Below are positions 12,971 through 25,110 of a DNA stretch of 41,425 nucleotides, one piece after another (the stretch's first letter is position 1; every line of letters starts with the position of its first letter). The position numbers and the translations under genes are program-made. The DNA is from Trichinella spiralis. Its lineage: Eukaryota. The notes under the pieces are model-generated. The model was not told where the DNA came from and ran no database searches. It saw nothing but the letters and a program-made list of their open reading frames with translations. The stretch covers positions 2,659,844 to 2,701,268 of the forward strand of contig NW_003526940.1 of NCBI RefSeq assembly GCF_000181795.1. The letters run 5' to 3'.

Positions 12971-13100
12971 CAGGGGTAGCCAAAGTGGTCGATATCGACC
13001 CCTTGGGGTCGATGGGTCTCTCTAAGGGGTCGATAAAGGCTTAGGGGTCCAATGGAGGTCGATGAACTCCGGGATCGAATCTGAACTTTGAAATCCCATC
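12971..13100 (+). mobile_element. hAT element terminal fragment
   Basis: CAGGGGTAGCCAAAGT terminus followed by repeated GGTCGA subterminal motifs. No partner end was found. Confidence 0.6.
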
Positions 13101-13240
13101 TGAGTAATTTATTTCGTCGAGAACTATTTTGTAACAATAATTTATACTTTTCTGCACTATCAACAGACACTACCAGAAATTAATTTTGCGCGATGCTAAG
13201 AGTATTTTCGACTTCAGGCTAAATTTTCACCACCTTTTCT

Positions 13241-13533
13241 GGGCTAGTCTGAACTCATTCGCGTCCCACTTTCCCCAAACTCCGCCCCCATTTTGTGATT
13301 GGCTGTACTCTGATAGGTTGCACACGATTGATCGGTAATTGGCTAATGACTTCTGCTATTTTATTAGCTAATCATCATGATAAGTGATTGGGTGAATAAT
13401 TTTGCCATTTGATTAGCTATTAAGCTTTGATCAAGGATTGGGTAATTTTTGTTTATCAATCCTTTTCCAAATATGGGTGCATTACCATTAAAATACCTTA
13501 CATGGACATAAAAAGGCATTTACTATTTTGCCC
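13241..13533 (+). mobile_element. MULE-like left terminus/TIR fragment
   Basis: Starts GGGCTAGTCTGAACTC and contains ACTCCGCC and ATTGG motifs like the 40552 terminus. The inner 180 bp are repeated in inverted form at 8764-8943. Confidence 0.55.
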
Positions 13534-13725
13534 AGATGATCGCATTATATTTCAGCGAAAGTGGAGAAATCATCGTCTGTTCATGAGGAGTTTGTCATCT
13601 TTTAACAAAGTAGTTTGTAATTTCCGTTATTTAAATTACGCTTGACTGCACTGACCTTTTTTATTAAATTGATTTAATATTTACAATAATATTTGCTTGT
13701 ATAAAAATTGCGGTTTACTTTTAAG

Positions 13726-14495
13726 GTTGAAATTTCCTTCGTTGTGGAGGCCATCCCAGTTTTTGGACAAATCTATTATTGAAGCAGCTGAAAAGTTATG
13801 GATTTCTCGAAAAGAATTTGTTCGTGATCTGCCCATAGAATGGCCGAAAAGTATGCTCAGTTTAATGTTTAATATTATTAAAATATTTATGCTATTTAAA
13901 CCTTTTATACCCAACTCCCGTTGCATAACCAAAATGCAGATTTTATAATAAAAAACAACAAATATTAAGTACTGTTTTGAAACTTTAGTTGGAAAACTTT
14001 CTGAGAAATATGCTTCAGGTGTTGCATGTTATGAAATTAATTAATTATTTGTGTTTATGAAATTATTTCCTTGTTCTTCAGTGATTTGTTTTAGGTAAAG
14101 TACTTGAATCATTTCAATGCTTTGGTGAACTTGAGATGAGCTGGTTCAGTGGCATTGTCGGACGTCCAAGCAATGGTAGATGATGAAATGCTAATCACAG
14201 CTTCTTTTATTCTACTAATTGAGCTTTATGTTTAGAATGCGCATATTTACTTTTTGAGAAAGAAGAAGATGTAAAGGCTATGCTTGCTTGCAGCCGACAC
14301 GTAGGAGATGGTTATGAAGTGAAATTGAAAGATTCATCTGGTGAACCTCGACCGGTAAGTTCTTTACGAAAGTTTTGCATATTATATTAAAGATGAATAT
14401 TCATTGATTGATCAATATTTTAGGTGGTCCTTGAACCATGGATTATAACTGAAGGTGTTTGTTTGGATGATCATGTTTGTCTGGTCCGGCGTTGA
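13726..14495 (+). pseudogene. Spliced fragment of a divergent CPEB-family RNA-binding protein (RRM1), truncated by a Pao gag fragment
   Basis: Exons 13726-13850, 14095-14175, 14236-14354 and 14424-(14495), all GT-AG and phase-compatible. They translate to ..WISRKEFVRDLPIEWPKSKVLESFQCFGELEMSW..ECAYLLFEKEEDVKAMLACS..EPRPVVLEPW, collinear with CPEB RRM1 (YSRKVFVGGLP..SFRRFG..W..GYAFLLF..VQIRPW). Confidence 0.75.
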
Positions 14496-14666
14496 AGGCA
14501 ATTGAAGGTGTGACGGTTTGTGCGCCGCTCAAGAATCGATTTCACCGCCTGCAGGATGTCGTGGAGAGTCATGAATGTTCCCGCGGTTGAGCCTGGTTAT
14601 ATTACAGTCGTACGCGTACGACGGAGCTGCACAGCTGACGAGACTGCATGATGAGCTGAATGGGCA
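14469..14666 (+). mobile_element. Duplicated Pao gag fragment
   Basis: Close copy of about 10656-10853, including the same internal deletion after GTTTGTGCGC. Confidence 0.9.
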
Positions 14667-14749
14667 AAATATTTTTCTCTGCTTTCAGCTTTGATCGGTA
14701 AAATGATTTCAAAATCCCCAACTGATTCTTTTTGATCATCATTTGGTTA

Positions 14750-15920
14750 CCATCGAATACAACAATTGCAACTTGAATGTTTAGTCAACTCAGTGGTCGG
14801 TTTACTTTAAATATTGAAAAAAAATTTAATACAATTTACACAAAATGTATAACCGCAGATGTTTACTTTAAACAATATTCCATATTTTTATTTTTCAATT
14901 TAAATAAAACATGGAAAGAAAAACAGCAACTCGTGTGAACAGCAGCGAAAGAAAGAAACGTTGGAATAAATTAAATACGAGGAACAATTTCAGAGAATAG
15001 GCTGGCAAAATCGAAAATGTAATACGATGTTAACACATTAGCAGTTGCCAGTCCCAGTTTTACCTCAAAACAGCAGCTGTGGACATTTGTCAGTGTCAGG
15101 TGTTGATTTTTGCCATTGTATTACAGGCCATCTTTTAGCTACAATTTGTGACAAATGGGAAAAGCATCTTTATGCATAATATCGCGTATAACTGCCAGCC
15201 TGAAGCTTAATTTATCTAATTAGCGTAGTACTTTGTTGATTGAAATTTTTTTTTAACCGTATTTTTAAATTTCGGATGGATAAATAAAAGTTGAAGCCAC
15301 TTTCGAAAAGCCAGGAAAAAGAAAAAGNNNNNNNNNNTCGACATTTGTGGCGCCATTGGTATGATAATTTTCTTCATTCAAAATCAACAAAAAGGGCATT
15401 CGGTGCCAACAAGGAAAATATCCAACAAGGCACATGTTCATCCTTCAATTGGTAGATAAAAATGAAGAAAATGAAATTTAAATGTTGTTGCAAAATGGTT
15501 ATTTAAAATGGAATTTAAAACCCGTCAAATTGATTTTCGTTTCGGTCTTGCGTTTGATTTCAGTGCTGAGCATTCGAGCGTTATTAGCTGATGAGCGAAA
15601 CCTACTGTCGCAGTATTTGTTTGTCTCTTGTAATAAGTAATTACAAGAAACTGATGAATCAAATATCAGATATCATCATCCGTCTCAAATTTTTGCCTGC
15701 TGAAATTATGAACTGGGAACGGGCAGGATTTTTCATAGATGTCAGTACAAGTATTACTATTACTAGAGTAAACGAGATGTACATCATAGAGCAAGAAGCA
15801 AGCTAGTGATATCGAGCATAATGCTAAATCCAGCTGACTTGGCTTGACACAAAACGGGATCAGAGCAAAAGCAGTTTAAAAAAATTCAAGACTGCTAATT
15901 CTACTTTCGTTTATTGCTGT
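14750..15920 (+). repeat. Dispersed leader repeat (family A), long copy 2 (spans an N gap)
   Basis: Collinear with 7330-8520. Confidence 0.8.
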
Positions 15921-16370
15921 GTTTACGGTCAGCTTCCTTGTGTTCATTTCCTTGTCGTTGTTTTGACATTTTTTAATGAAGGTGGAAACAAATAATGATG
16001 AAATTTAGTTTGTGACTGCAAAAATGCACCTACAGAAATTAGTATAGAAAAGAAAGTTGATCTACACCCTGAAGCGGACAAATCGTGATGATAAATACTA
16101 GATGTAAATAAAAATGAAAAGAATGACTTAACGTAGGACATTATCATTGTAAGATCACAAGCAATCCATTTTTTTATTTAGGAATTACTCGGCGTACGTA
16201 GCGCGTTTCTCCCAAATGTAGAAATGGACCTTTTCCATATTTATTCATTATTATTGTACTACCTGTCCTGTCCTATTGCAATATAGTTCAGATTTGATCA
16301 TTGTTGTAAAATGAAAGATTGTATAATATTTAGTTCATAAACAACATAAAAAGTACGATGTGGAATTTTA

Positions 16371-18345
16371 TTACGGACAGTTATCAAGCTGAGCAGCAAT
16401 TTCATTAAATCTAGCAAATATATCATTATTTTCAATGCAAACTGCCAACGATGGTTCTTTGGCTTGATCTTTCTAAATTATATGAAAAGAATTAATCTAA
16501 TTAGTTGTGAAATGCTTTTGAACTTACAAAGTATGGTTTGTCTATATGACAAAATATATTGCCAGGATCTGAAACTGCCCAGCTTGTTTCGTCCAATTCA
16601 AGATTGGTATTATGACCACTAACCGAAGCTGGACTGGTGATTAAACGAATGTGCCTTTGAGAAACTCTGCAATCACCTTTCAGTTTATTGTCCCTTCTTG
16701 ACCACACTTTTATCGTCTTTTTTAAAGATTTCACAATAATTTTTTTGTAAATTTCTAAAGATTTATTTTAATTAATAATAATTAGCTTGTGCACAGTGCA
16801 CTTCTTATTATTGTACTCTAAAGTAATAAAATTTGTAATCTCATTAAAATGAATTCCATTTTATCATTATAAATTTAAACATTTTTGGCGTTTTTTAACT
16901 TTTGGAGAATATGACATTAGTTTTTCTGACATCAGATCAGATATGCAACAGAAATTTTATGAAATTAACAGTCACTTTGCAATACATAAATTGTCAATGA
17001 TTTATTTCTTTTACTTTAAAACATGTAAATAAGTTTTCATATAACCATTAAAATGAACATTAAGCTTTTATTATAATAATGTAAATAAAATTCTAGTAAC
17101 TGTTTAAGCTTACCATATTTAGATGACTCTGATTTGCTGTAAATATGAACTGTTACAGGACCTCCAGCATTTTCTGTACGAATTGATCCTCTTGATGTAA
17201 ATGGTGGCAGAGTTGGAATCTCTCCTTTTATTAATTTACCGAAGTATGGCATTGCTGCAGTTTCAGTCTCAGGGATATCATTATAATGTATCATAGGTTG
17301 AATAAATAGCAATGATGCAGCTAAAGAGACAATGTTGAGCAAAATTAGTTAATGCACTATTGACTGATTAGAACTTCAAAGAAAACAAATTGAAAGTAAG
17401 TTATACAGAAATATGCCACTAAATATTTTCTTACAGTATAATATTATTTCATGAAATGAAATAACAAATGGTTAATAATGTGTAATTTATTACTTTAGAA
17501 ATAATCTCCATGAATTATTGATTGATCATTCTGCAATTAAAACTGTTGATTTAATCAAATTCAAAGCAATAACATTTCTATATTACATCTTTAATTTGAT
17601 GAATGTTGTTACTTTTGAAGAGGCAAGCTAACTCATATGAGCATAATTGTTTTGCTATGGAAGTACAAACCTATAGCATTTATTTGAGATTCAGGGATAG
17701 TTAGACAAAGTAATAAATGTCCTTTTGCAGTCTCAGCTGCTGGCCAAGTGTAAACTGTTTTTGGGATGGGAAATCCTGGTACAGTATGCACAATCCACGC
17801 TGCGGCATCTGCATTGGTAGATAAGATGATTACTCCTGCAATAAAAATACAAAATTTTATATATAATTTCATCAAATGTTTCCAAAATAATTAACATGTG
17901 TTTATATCACCTTTGCTGTTCGATTTTGTTTTGACTTTGGGAACTCGAGGTGGGGCGTTGTTGTATGCAAGAAATTTTATTGTGCCATCGTTTCCTACGA
18001 CGTGTTCTAATGCCTTAGCAAATGAATGACCGTTGGCAGCGTTGATTGCTCCTGCTCCATCCTGCCAATTTCCTGCAGCACCTGCTACAATAATTTTGCC
18101 GTTAACCTGCCCTGGTGCTTTGTATACTATGGACCTATATTTATATTTGACATATTTCATTTCAATTTTCAAAAATTGGATCAAAATTATTGACTGTGTT
18201 TAAACTTATTTGTCAACCTGAAATGATGCTTTATTACATAATTTTTGTGAATATGAAATATTGTGGAAAAGTTCGATTTCAAACCACAAATGTGCTATGT
18301 CGTTTTAAGAAAAATGGGGATACAGTACTCATCAAAATGTTGCAA

Positions 18346-18388
<43 letters not shown>

Positions 18389-18616
18389 TTGTGCTATTAA
18401 AGAGCAGTATCTTTGAAGAACTGCACGTTTATTTATATATCAGATGCCGATGAAAGCAAAAAATTATTCTGATATTGTTAAAAGTTTCTTCTAAACTTAC
18501 CAGTTTACTGGAGCGTTACCACCTGCATTCTGACATTTTGAAGTTTGCGAATATGAAAAATTCAGGAAAAGAAATATAGGAATAACTTTTGAAAACATTA
18601 ATGCCATTGACTTCAT
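16371..18616 (-). CDS. Secreted deoxyribonuclease II (plancitoxin-1-like) family protein, paralog A, 346 aa
   Basis: Six exons: 18616-18501, 18134-17911, 17835-17671, 17320-17114, 16754-16528 and 16472-16371. All introns are GT-AG and the 1041 nt are in frame. Signal-peptide-like N-terminus (MKSMALMFSKVIPIFLFLNFSYSQ). DNase II motifs W.IVYKAP, AYNN.PP, SKGV, WIVHTVPGFP, GH..LCL and WAVS are present. Confidence 0.93.
18348..18388. repeat. (TTA)n microsatellite in intron 1 of DNase II paralog A
   Basis: About 13 perfect TTA units. Confidence 0.9.
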
Positions 18617-20889
18617 TATTAACTAAGTTTCAGACAGATTTTAAATAATGTCATTTATACTGATAAATATTTATAGCACAGAATAAACTGAATAATATTT
18701 ACTAAAAATTTACCATGTTGTTGATTAGAGTTATGCTTAATACAAAACTTACAGAATGTAATTCATAATAATTATCCTTTAAACAATGTTCGCTTTGCTT
18801 AGTTTGTTTTTATTTGTTGTTATTTGCAATATTTATTTCTGCTGCTTTATCTGTGCAGCTTTTGAGTGCGCATTGAAAAACAGATTAAGTGAAATTGAAA
18901 AATCTTTTTCTGCTTTGCGTTTCTGAAATATTGAGTTGCATATTTCAGTTCAATTAAGGCCATTTAAAATCTAATTGAATACATTAATGATATTTTACTA
19001 AAAATGAAATATTTGTTTACAATAGATTTTTATGGAGCCTTTAAATTCGCATAACTGTTTGCACATTATTATTTTCAAGATTTTTTGTGTATCATCCCAT
19101 AGTTTCAATTAATGAGGTTTATAGTTATAAATTTATAAAGTTTTATTTTGAATAGAACTTCAAATACTTAAATATCTAGAATGTTTAATGATTTGATCTG
19201 AGGGCGATAACAATTGCACCTAATTTCGCAAACATCAGCTTATGATATAAAGATATCGATTGTTCTAAGCAAACTTATATGATTTTTTTATTTATTGGAA
19301 AATTTATGTAACATTTGCGGTGCACTGTTGGATAGGCAGAGCAATTAATGAAGAATTATGCTTATTTTTATATATTTTATTTATTAAATTATGATTCTGA
19401 TATCTCACTTTATAGTACAAATATTTTATAAATACTGACTTGAAAACAGAATAAGAGTCGTTTCTCATATCAATAGCAGTAGCAAAATAAAATTTTTTTT
19501 AACAAACTACGTAAATGTTTGCTAAATCTTTTGAATATCCAACAAAGTAATTTTTATTTTAAAATAATTACTCGAAATAAAAGAAAGGACAAATATAAAG
19601 GTGGAAACAGGTAAACATGAATCTGTTCCGTTATTAGAATTTGTACTTATGTTTGTAATATATTTAATAAATTTTCATATGGATTTGAGTTCACATGAAA
19701 TTGAACATGGATTAAAAAGAGTCATTATTAAAGGTAAATCAGAATATTTAATATGATCAAAATGCATCTTAAAAATATGCAGAACATCAAATTCTTTAAT
19801 GTTTTTTAATGACCATATTTATGTATAACAATAGCATAGATGTGTGATTGCAAGGAATTTATTTACAATGCAATTGAAGCTGCATGGCTTACTCAGGCTA
19901 CTCAATTCTAAGTAAAGATTATAAGTTATGTAAATTAATTTGAATATGTAGTGCACTGCGGCGTATTATCAAATTTGAAGATGCGTACACATGATGAAGG
20001 TAGAATTTATTTGCGTATGATACGTTTCCTAAACTTCCTAAAGTATTCTGTATTCTGGCAGTTTATTTCTGTTTGATGCGTTTGTTTTAATTGTATTTTT
20101 ACATCAGTTAAATAGAGCTACATAAAATGCAATTGCTAGTGATTATGTTAGAAGAAAGATGCTCGATCAGTTTAATCAGCCAAATGATACATTACATTCT
20201 CGAGCTAATTAAAATGAAAATTTTGTGGGCAATAATTTGGGACAAACAGGCGTTAACAAAGAAGTGTTACAGTTGTATCAGAGTCAAGTAATTTGAAATG
20301 TAAATTGAAAACTCACTTTTAGATATGAAAATTAATGCTTTTATGCAAAAATGAATGTTGAACTATCGAGGCCAAAATTTCCTCAGATTGTTATTTATGT
20401 GATTTACTCACTCATGCTGAATGTATCCTGTCTTAAATTAATTGGTGTTGGCTTTGTTACTTAATAACACCTATACTAAAAAATCTTGAAGTTCTTGATT
20501 TTGACATGTGACAATTTCTTAAATTCATAATGTAGGTTTTAGTATTGTTGGGTTCCAATTGACTCTGAAATTTTGATAAGAGCAAACTGTTGTTAACTGT
20601 TTCTAAAATATTTATTTATCATGAGTCAGTGGTGCAGCAAAGTTGTCTATTTCTGGTTGATTGACAAAGTTCATGGCATGTTTTCATGAAACAGGGCTGT
20701 TTTTTGTTGAAACAGCTACCGTAATATGCATAATGACATTATAAATAAGATATTATAGAAGTTAGATATAACAAGAATATGCATCTGGCAATTTGGTTCA
20801 AGAAGAGAATCTGATTACTTGCTCCGCACTGCTGTCATATTTGAAGTTAGAGAAAATTTCACCTCTGCATAAGTATCAGCTACTTCTAA

Positions 20890-21531
20890 GGGGTGGTTTT
20901 ACTCGGTCCCGCTTTTCTCTCATTGGTCTTTGCCCACGCTATTTTATTAGACCGTCAAATCTTTGNNNNNNNNNNGAAAACCAGTATAATCTAAATGATT
21001 TGCCATGGTGGGGCATGAAGTGTCCTAAAACAGAGTGTCGTCGATGTTTCATCTGGTGCCCAATTATAGAACATGACGTAACGCGTAGAAGTCACTATAT
21101 CAAGTTGAATGATTCATCAAACGTTCTATTAAAGGTCATACTTGAATGTGCATTTCAGAAATCAGCTACGCGGGAATGTGATTCAATACAATTGAATAAG
21201 GTTTGAAAGAGGTTCACTAATGAATCCATCCGCGATAATATCAGGAATAAACGTTTTTCGTGCCGATATCAATGATCAAATCACTTAGTTCGTCCATAAA
21301 TTGGATCCTATTTTTAACTGGATCAACTGCACACTATTGAAAAATCAATTAAGGTAAGTATTTAAGAATAGATTCTGACTGAATTAAAAAATGAAGTCTT
21401 TGTCGCATTGGTTTTTTTGTCTAATTGCTCATTGATTCAAACTCTTCAGTTGTGATTAAGATTTGACGGTCCAATAAAATAGCGTGGGTAATGACCAATG
21501 AGAGAAAAGCGGGACCGAGTAGTACCAAACC
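20890..21531. mobile_element. Non-autonomous MULE element with about 75-bp TIRs and a 9-bp TSD (contains an N gap)
   Basis: 20890-20964 is the inverted repeat of 21458-21531. TACTTCTAA is duplicated at 20881-20889 and 21532-21540. Confidence 0.9.
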
Positions 21532-22822
21532 TACTTCTAATATTGGTGAGTCACTTATGTGCAAATCACGCCAAAAAGCTTCCTCATCAGAAATACAATC
21601 TCGCGTTGTCGTTCATTGCAAGCGTGTTAAAAGAAATGCTGTGCATGGAGTCATTTGCACATGTTTATCCGTTTAAATTGATGTGGTTAATATAACTGTG
21701 CATGCAATAGAAAAGTTAGAAAAGTTAATGAGCACTTCTAGAAATACTCATTAGAAATTAGAAATACAGTAAAACTCATAAAGGCAAAGTGCAATCAAGG
21801 AAGCTATCTGATAAGGAAGTAATTTAAGCACTTATTAGTTTTCCAACACTTATAGTAAATGTGATACGCTGTGCTACAGTGACCACCACTTTAATTTCAG
21901 AAGTTGCTATAATACCGTGAGAAACTGAAAACAAATGAACAAACTGTGCCACAAAGTCAGTTTGCTACATTTATTGTTTCTGAATGACTTCAAAATCAAT
22001 ATTTAAAGCCACAAAGTAGTAAATTGATTTCAATCTTATCTTCTGACTAAATTTTTATTAGCCTGATCTTTTCCAGTGCTCTCATAGGCATTTTCTGTAA
22101 TAGGTCAATATGATCCCAGCAGCCCAAAAACGTGCACAGTGTCAACAATGCAGAAGAAGGATTACCGTGACGCTTTAACATAATTTTTTAACTATCAGAA
22201 GAATATTCATGGATTGAATAGAATGCAGAATTTGTAAATTCTTTGTTGTGTTCCTGATAATAGTTGTCATGATGCTTACAAATATTTACTTAAAGCAAAT
22301 TAAATTTTGTTTACTTTTGATTATCAGCTGGTCGACAATGTTTAAATTATTACACTTTATTAAACAATAAGACAAAGACATTCAAGCAATTATGATTGTT
22401 TCAATGAAAAATAAACCCTGATTATCAAGACATAAACCATGATAAAAATGAGAAATTCTAACTGGGATAGATCATATTTTTCTTTGATTACACTTGCCTT
22501 ACTTTTTGTAAACATTCCTGAAAATGCACTAAACCTTAATGTAATCAGAACAGCACTACAAATATTTATCCAAAATATTGCTGGGAAATCAATGAGATTA
22601 ATATTATTTGCTTGCAATAGCAACTGAACTTCTCTTATTTGCTAATGTCTAAAAATATTATTTCTTAAAAATATAACAAATCTATAACAAATGCAGGATT
22701 TATTCTTCTATGAAATTGACATGCATACAGTCCAAGCTGCCTTATACAGTCCAAGGGATAACTATGAAAGGCATCGGCACTTTATGCCATAAACAAAAAG
22801 TAAAACAATATGCTATGAGATT

Positions 22823-25028
22823 TTACAATGGACAGTCTTCGAGTTGTGCAGCAATTTCACTAAATCTAGCAAATATATCATTATTTTCAATGCAAATTGC
22901 CATCGCTGGTTCTCTGGTTTGATTTCTCTTAAATATACAAAAAGTAATAATTTAAATATTTCCAAAAGCGTTTAAACTTACAAAATATGGTTTGTCAACT
23001 TGACAAAATATATTGCCAGGATCTGAAACTGCCCAGTTTGTGTCATCTGCCTCAAGATTGGTGTTATGACCGTTAATGGCAGTTGGACTTTTGATTAAAC
23101 GAATGTTTTTTTGAAGAACTCTGCAATCTCCTTTCAGTTTATTGTCTCTTCTTGACCACACTTTTATCGTTTTTTTCAAAGCTTTTACAATGACTTTTTT
23201 ATAAATTTCTAAAGATTTATTTTCAGTGATCATAATTATCTTTCGGCTACTGTATATTTTATAATAATTTTTTAAAGTTTAAGTAAGCTTTGCTGAAAAT
23301 AAATTACACGTTTTATCTGAAAGTTAAATTTGTTTAGCATATTTTAATAGTGCAAGGCAAATAAATAACTAGATAGTTCAAAAATCGCATATTTTTGTTT
23401 TATTCAAACTGTTGATGCATTACTTTTTTTACTTCTAAAACATAAAGGAATTCTCAAAAAAATTAAAGTTAATTAAAAACTTATAAATGAAGAATTGAAA
23501 TTTCTACAACTATATATGCGTACCATATTTCGAGGTCTCTGATTTGCTGTAAATATGAACTGTTACAGGACCTCCCGCATTTTCTGTTCGAATTGATCTT
23601 TTTGATGTGAATGGTGGCAAAGTAGGAGTTCGACCTTCCTTTAATTTATTGAAGTATGGCATTGCTGCAGTTTCTGTCTCAGGAATATCATTATAATGCA
23701 CCAAAGGTTGAACAAGAAGTAATGAAGCAGCTAAAAAAGCAACGGTGAAGAGAAAAATATTTTGAAAAAATATGATTATAAAAAGACAAAAAGTAGAACA
23801 TAAAATTTGAGCAATTTAAGCTATTTTCATAATACTGTGCCATGAAAAAGTGTTTAAAATGTAATCATTTTCTCAGAATAATTAGTGCATCAAAGAGTAA
23901 AAATTATTACTTTATTAGTAGTTTTAATGGATTATTAATTGTTCATTCTCAATTTAAGATATACATTAAAGTGAGTTGTAAGCAATGTCATTCCTTTATA
24001 AAATCTTCAATTCTATCAAATATTGCAACTTCTGAAAACGCAAACTGCCCTAAATCAGTAATTTCGGTAATGAAAATGCAAACCTATTGCATTTATTTGA
24101 GATTCACTGATAGTGAGACAAATAAGTAAATGCCCTCTGGCATTCTCAGCTACCGGCCAAGTGTAGCCTGTTTTTGCTGCAGGAAATCCTGGTACAGTAT
24201 GTACAATCCACGCTGCAGCATCTGCAGCAGTAGATAAGACTATCACTCCTATAATAAGAATACAAAATTTTATATATAATTTCATCAAATGTTTCCAAAA
24301 TAATTAACATGTGTTTATATCACCTTTGCTGTTCGATTTTGTTTTGACTTTGGGAACTCGAGGTGGGACGTTGTTGTATGCAAGAAATTTTATTCTATCG
24401 TTATTTCCAATGACGTGTTCCAGCGTCTTTCCAAAAGAGTGCCCTGCAGCGTTCATAAGTGCAGTTGCTCCGTTATCCCAACTTGCTGCAGCGCCTGCCA
24501 AAATAATTTTGCCAGTATCTTGCCCAGGTGCTTTGTATACTATGGCCCTAAATTGATATAGGGCATTTTCAATTCATTTTTTAAACTTTTTTTAGTTATT
24601 TTCATAGTAGGTAGTCACAAGTATTAAAATAAAATTACATTTTGTCACATGACTTATGGTAATATAATGCTTTTCTATCAATATTCAACTTTAAGAAAAT
24701 GTAATGTATTATATATATTTTTTTACATCAGGACGGGAGGTTAGATAGTTGTATTTTTTCTACAAGTCAATAATATTACTTTATTTTAATTTAATTTATA
24801 TTAATTTATTAATTTTAAAAAGCAGATCCTGTTCAGAATCTATTTGCTTTCGTTTTGTCAGATATTCCTAACATAACGCAAAAAATGTTTATCCACTATC
24901 AGAATTTTTTTCAAAACTCACCAGTCCAATGGTGCGTCACCAGCTTTATTTTGACATTTTGAGGTTTGAGAATAGGTGAAATTTACAAAAAGAAATAATG
25001 GAAGCACTTTGAAGAATTTTAACATCAT
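22823..25028 (-). CDS. Secreted deoxyribonuclease II (plancitoxin-1-like) family protein, paralog B, 344 aa
   Basis: Six exons: 25028-24922, 24547-24324, 24248-24084, 23730-23524, 23208-22982 and 22927-22823, giving 1035 nt in frame. Internal exon sizes (224/165/207/227) are identical to paralog A. Signal-peptide-like N-terminus (MMLKFFKVLPLFLFVNFTYSQ). Confidence 0.93.
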
Positions 25029-25110
25029 TTATTTAGTCACTGACTAAATGGAGGACTATTGATAAGTAAATAAAATTTGAATCCTCTCATTTGAGATCTC
25101 AAATATTTAT

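Noticed and set aside
8764..13529. A 4.8-kb composite transposon bounded by the 180-bp inverted repeats
   Set aside because: There is no TSD, and the apparent true terminus (GGGCTAG at 13241) lies on the inner side, so the arms face away from each other.
15290..15480. Apparent rapid divergence of repeat A near gaps (also 26900-27130)
   Set aside because: Homopolymer expansions beside N gaps look like low-quality read ends.
16178..16215. Helitron/Helentron-like end (TAGGAATTACTCGGCGTACGTAGCGCG)
   Set aside because: It is too short, has no partner end and shows no convincing hairpin.
18190..18453. Poly-Tyr ORF
   Set aside because: It is a (TTA)n microsatellite in a DNase II intron.
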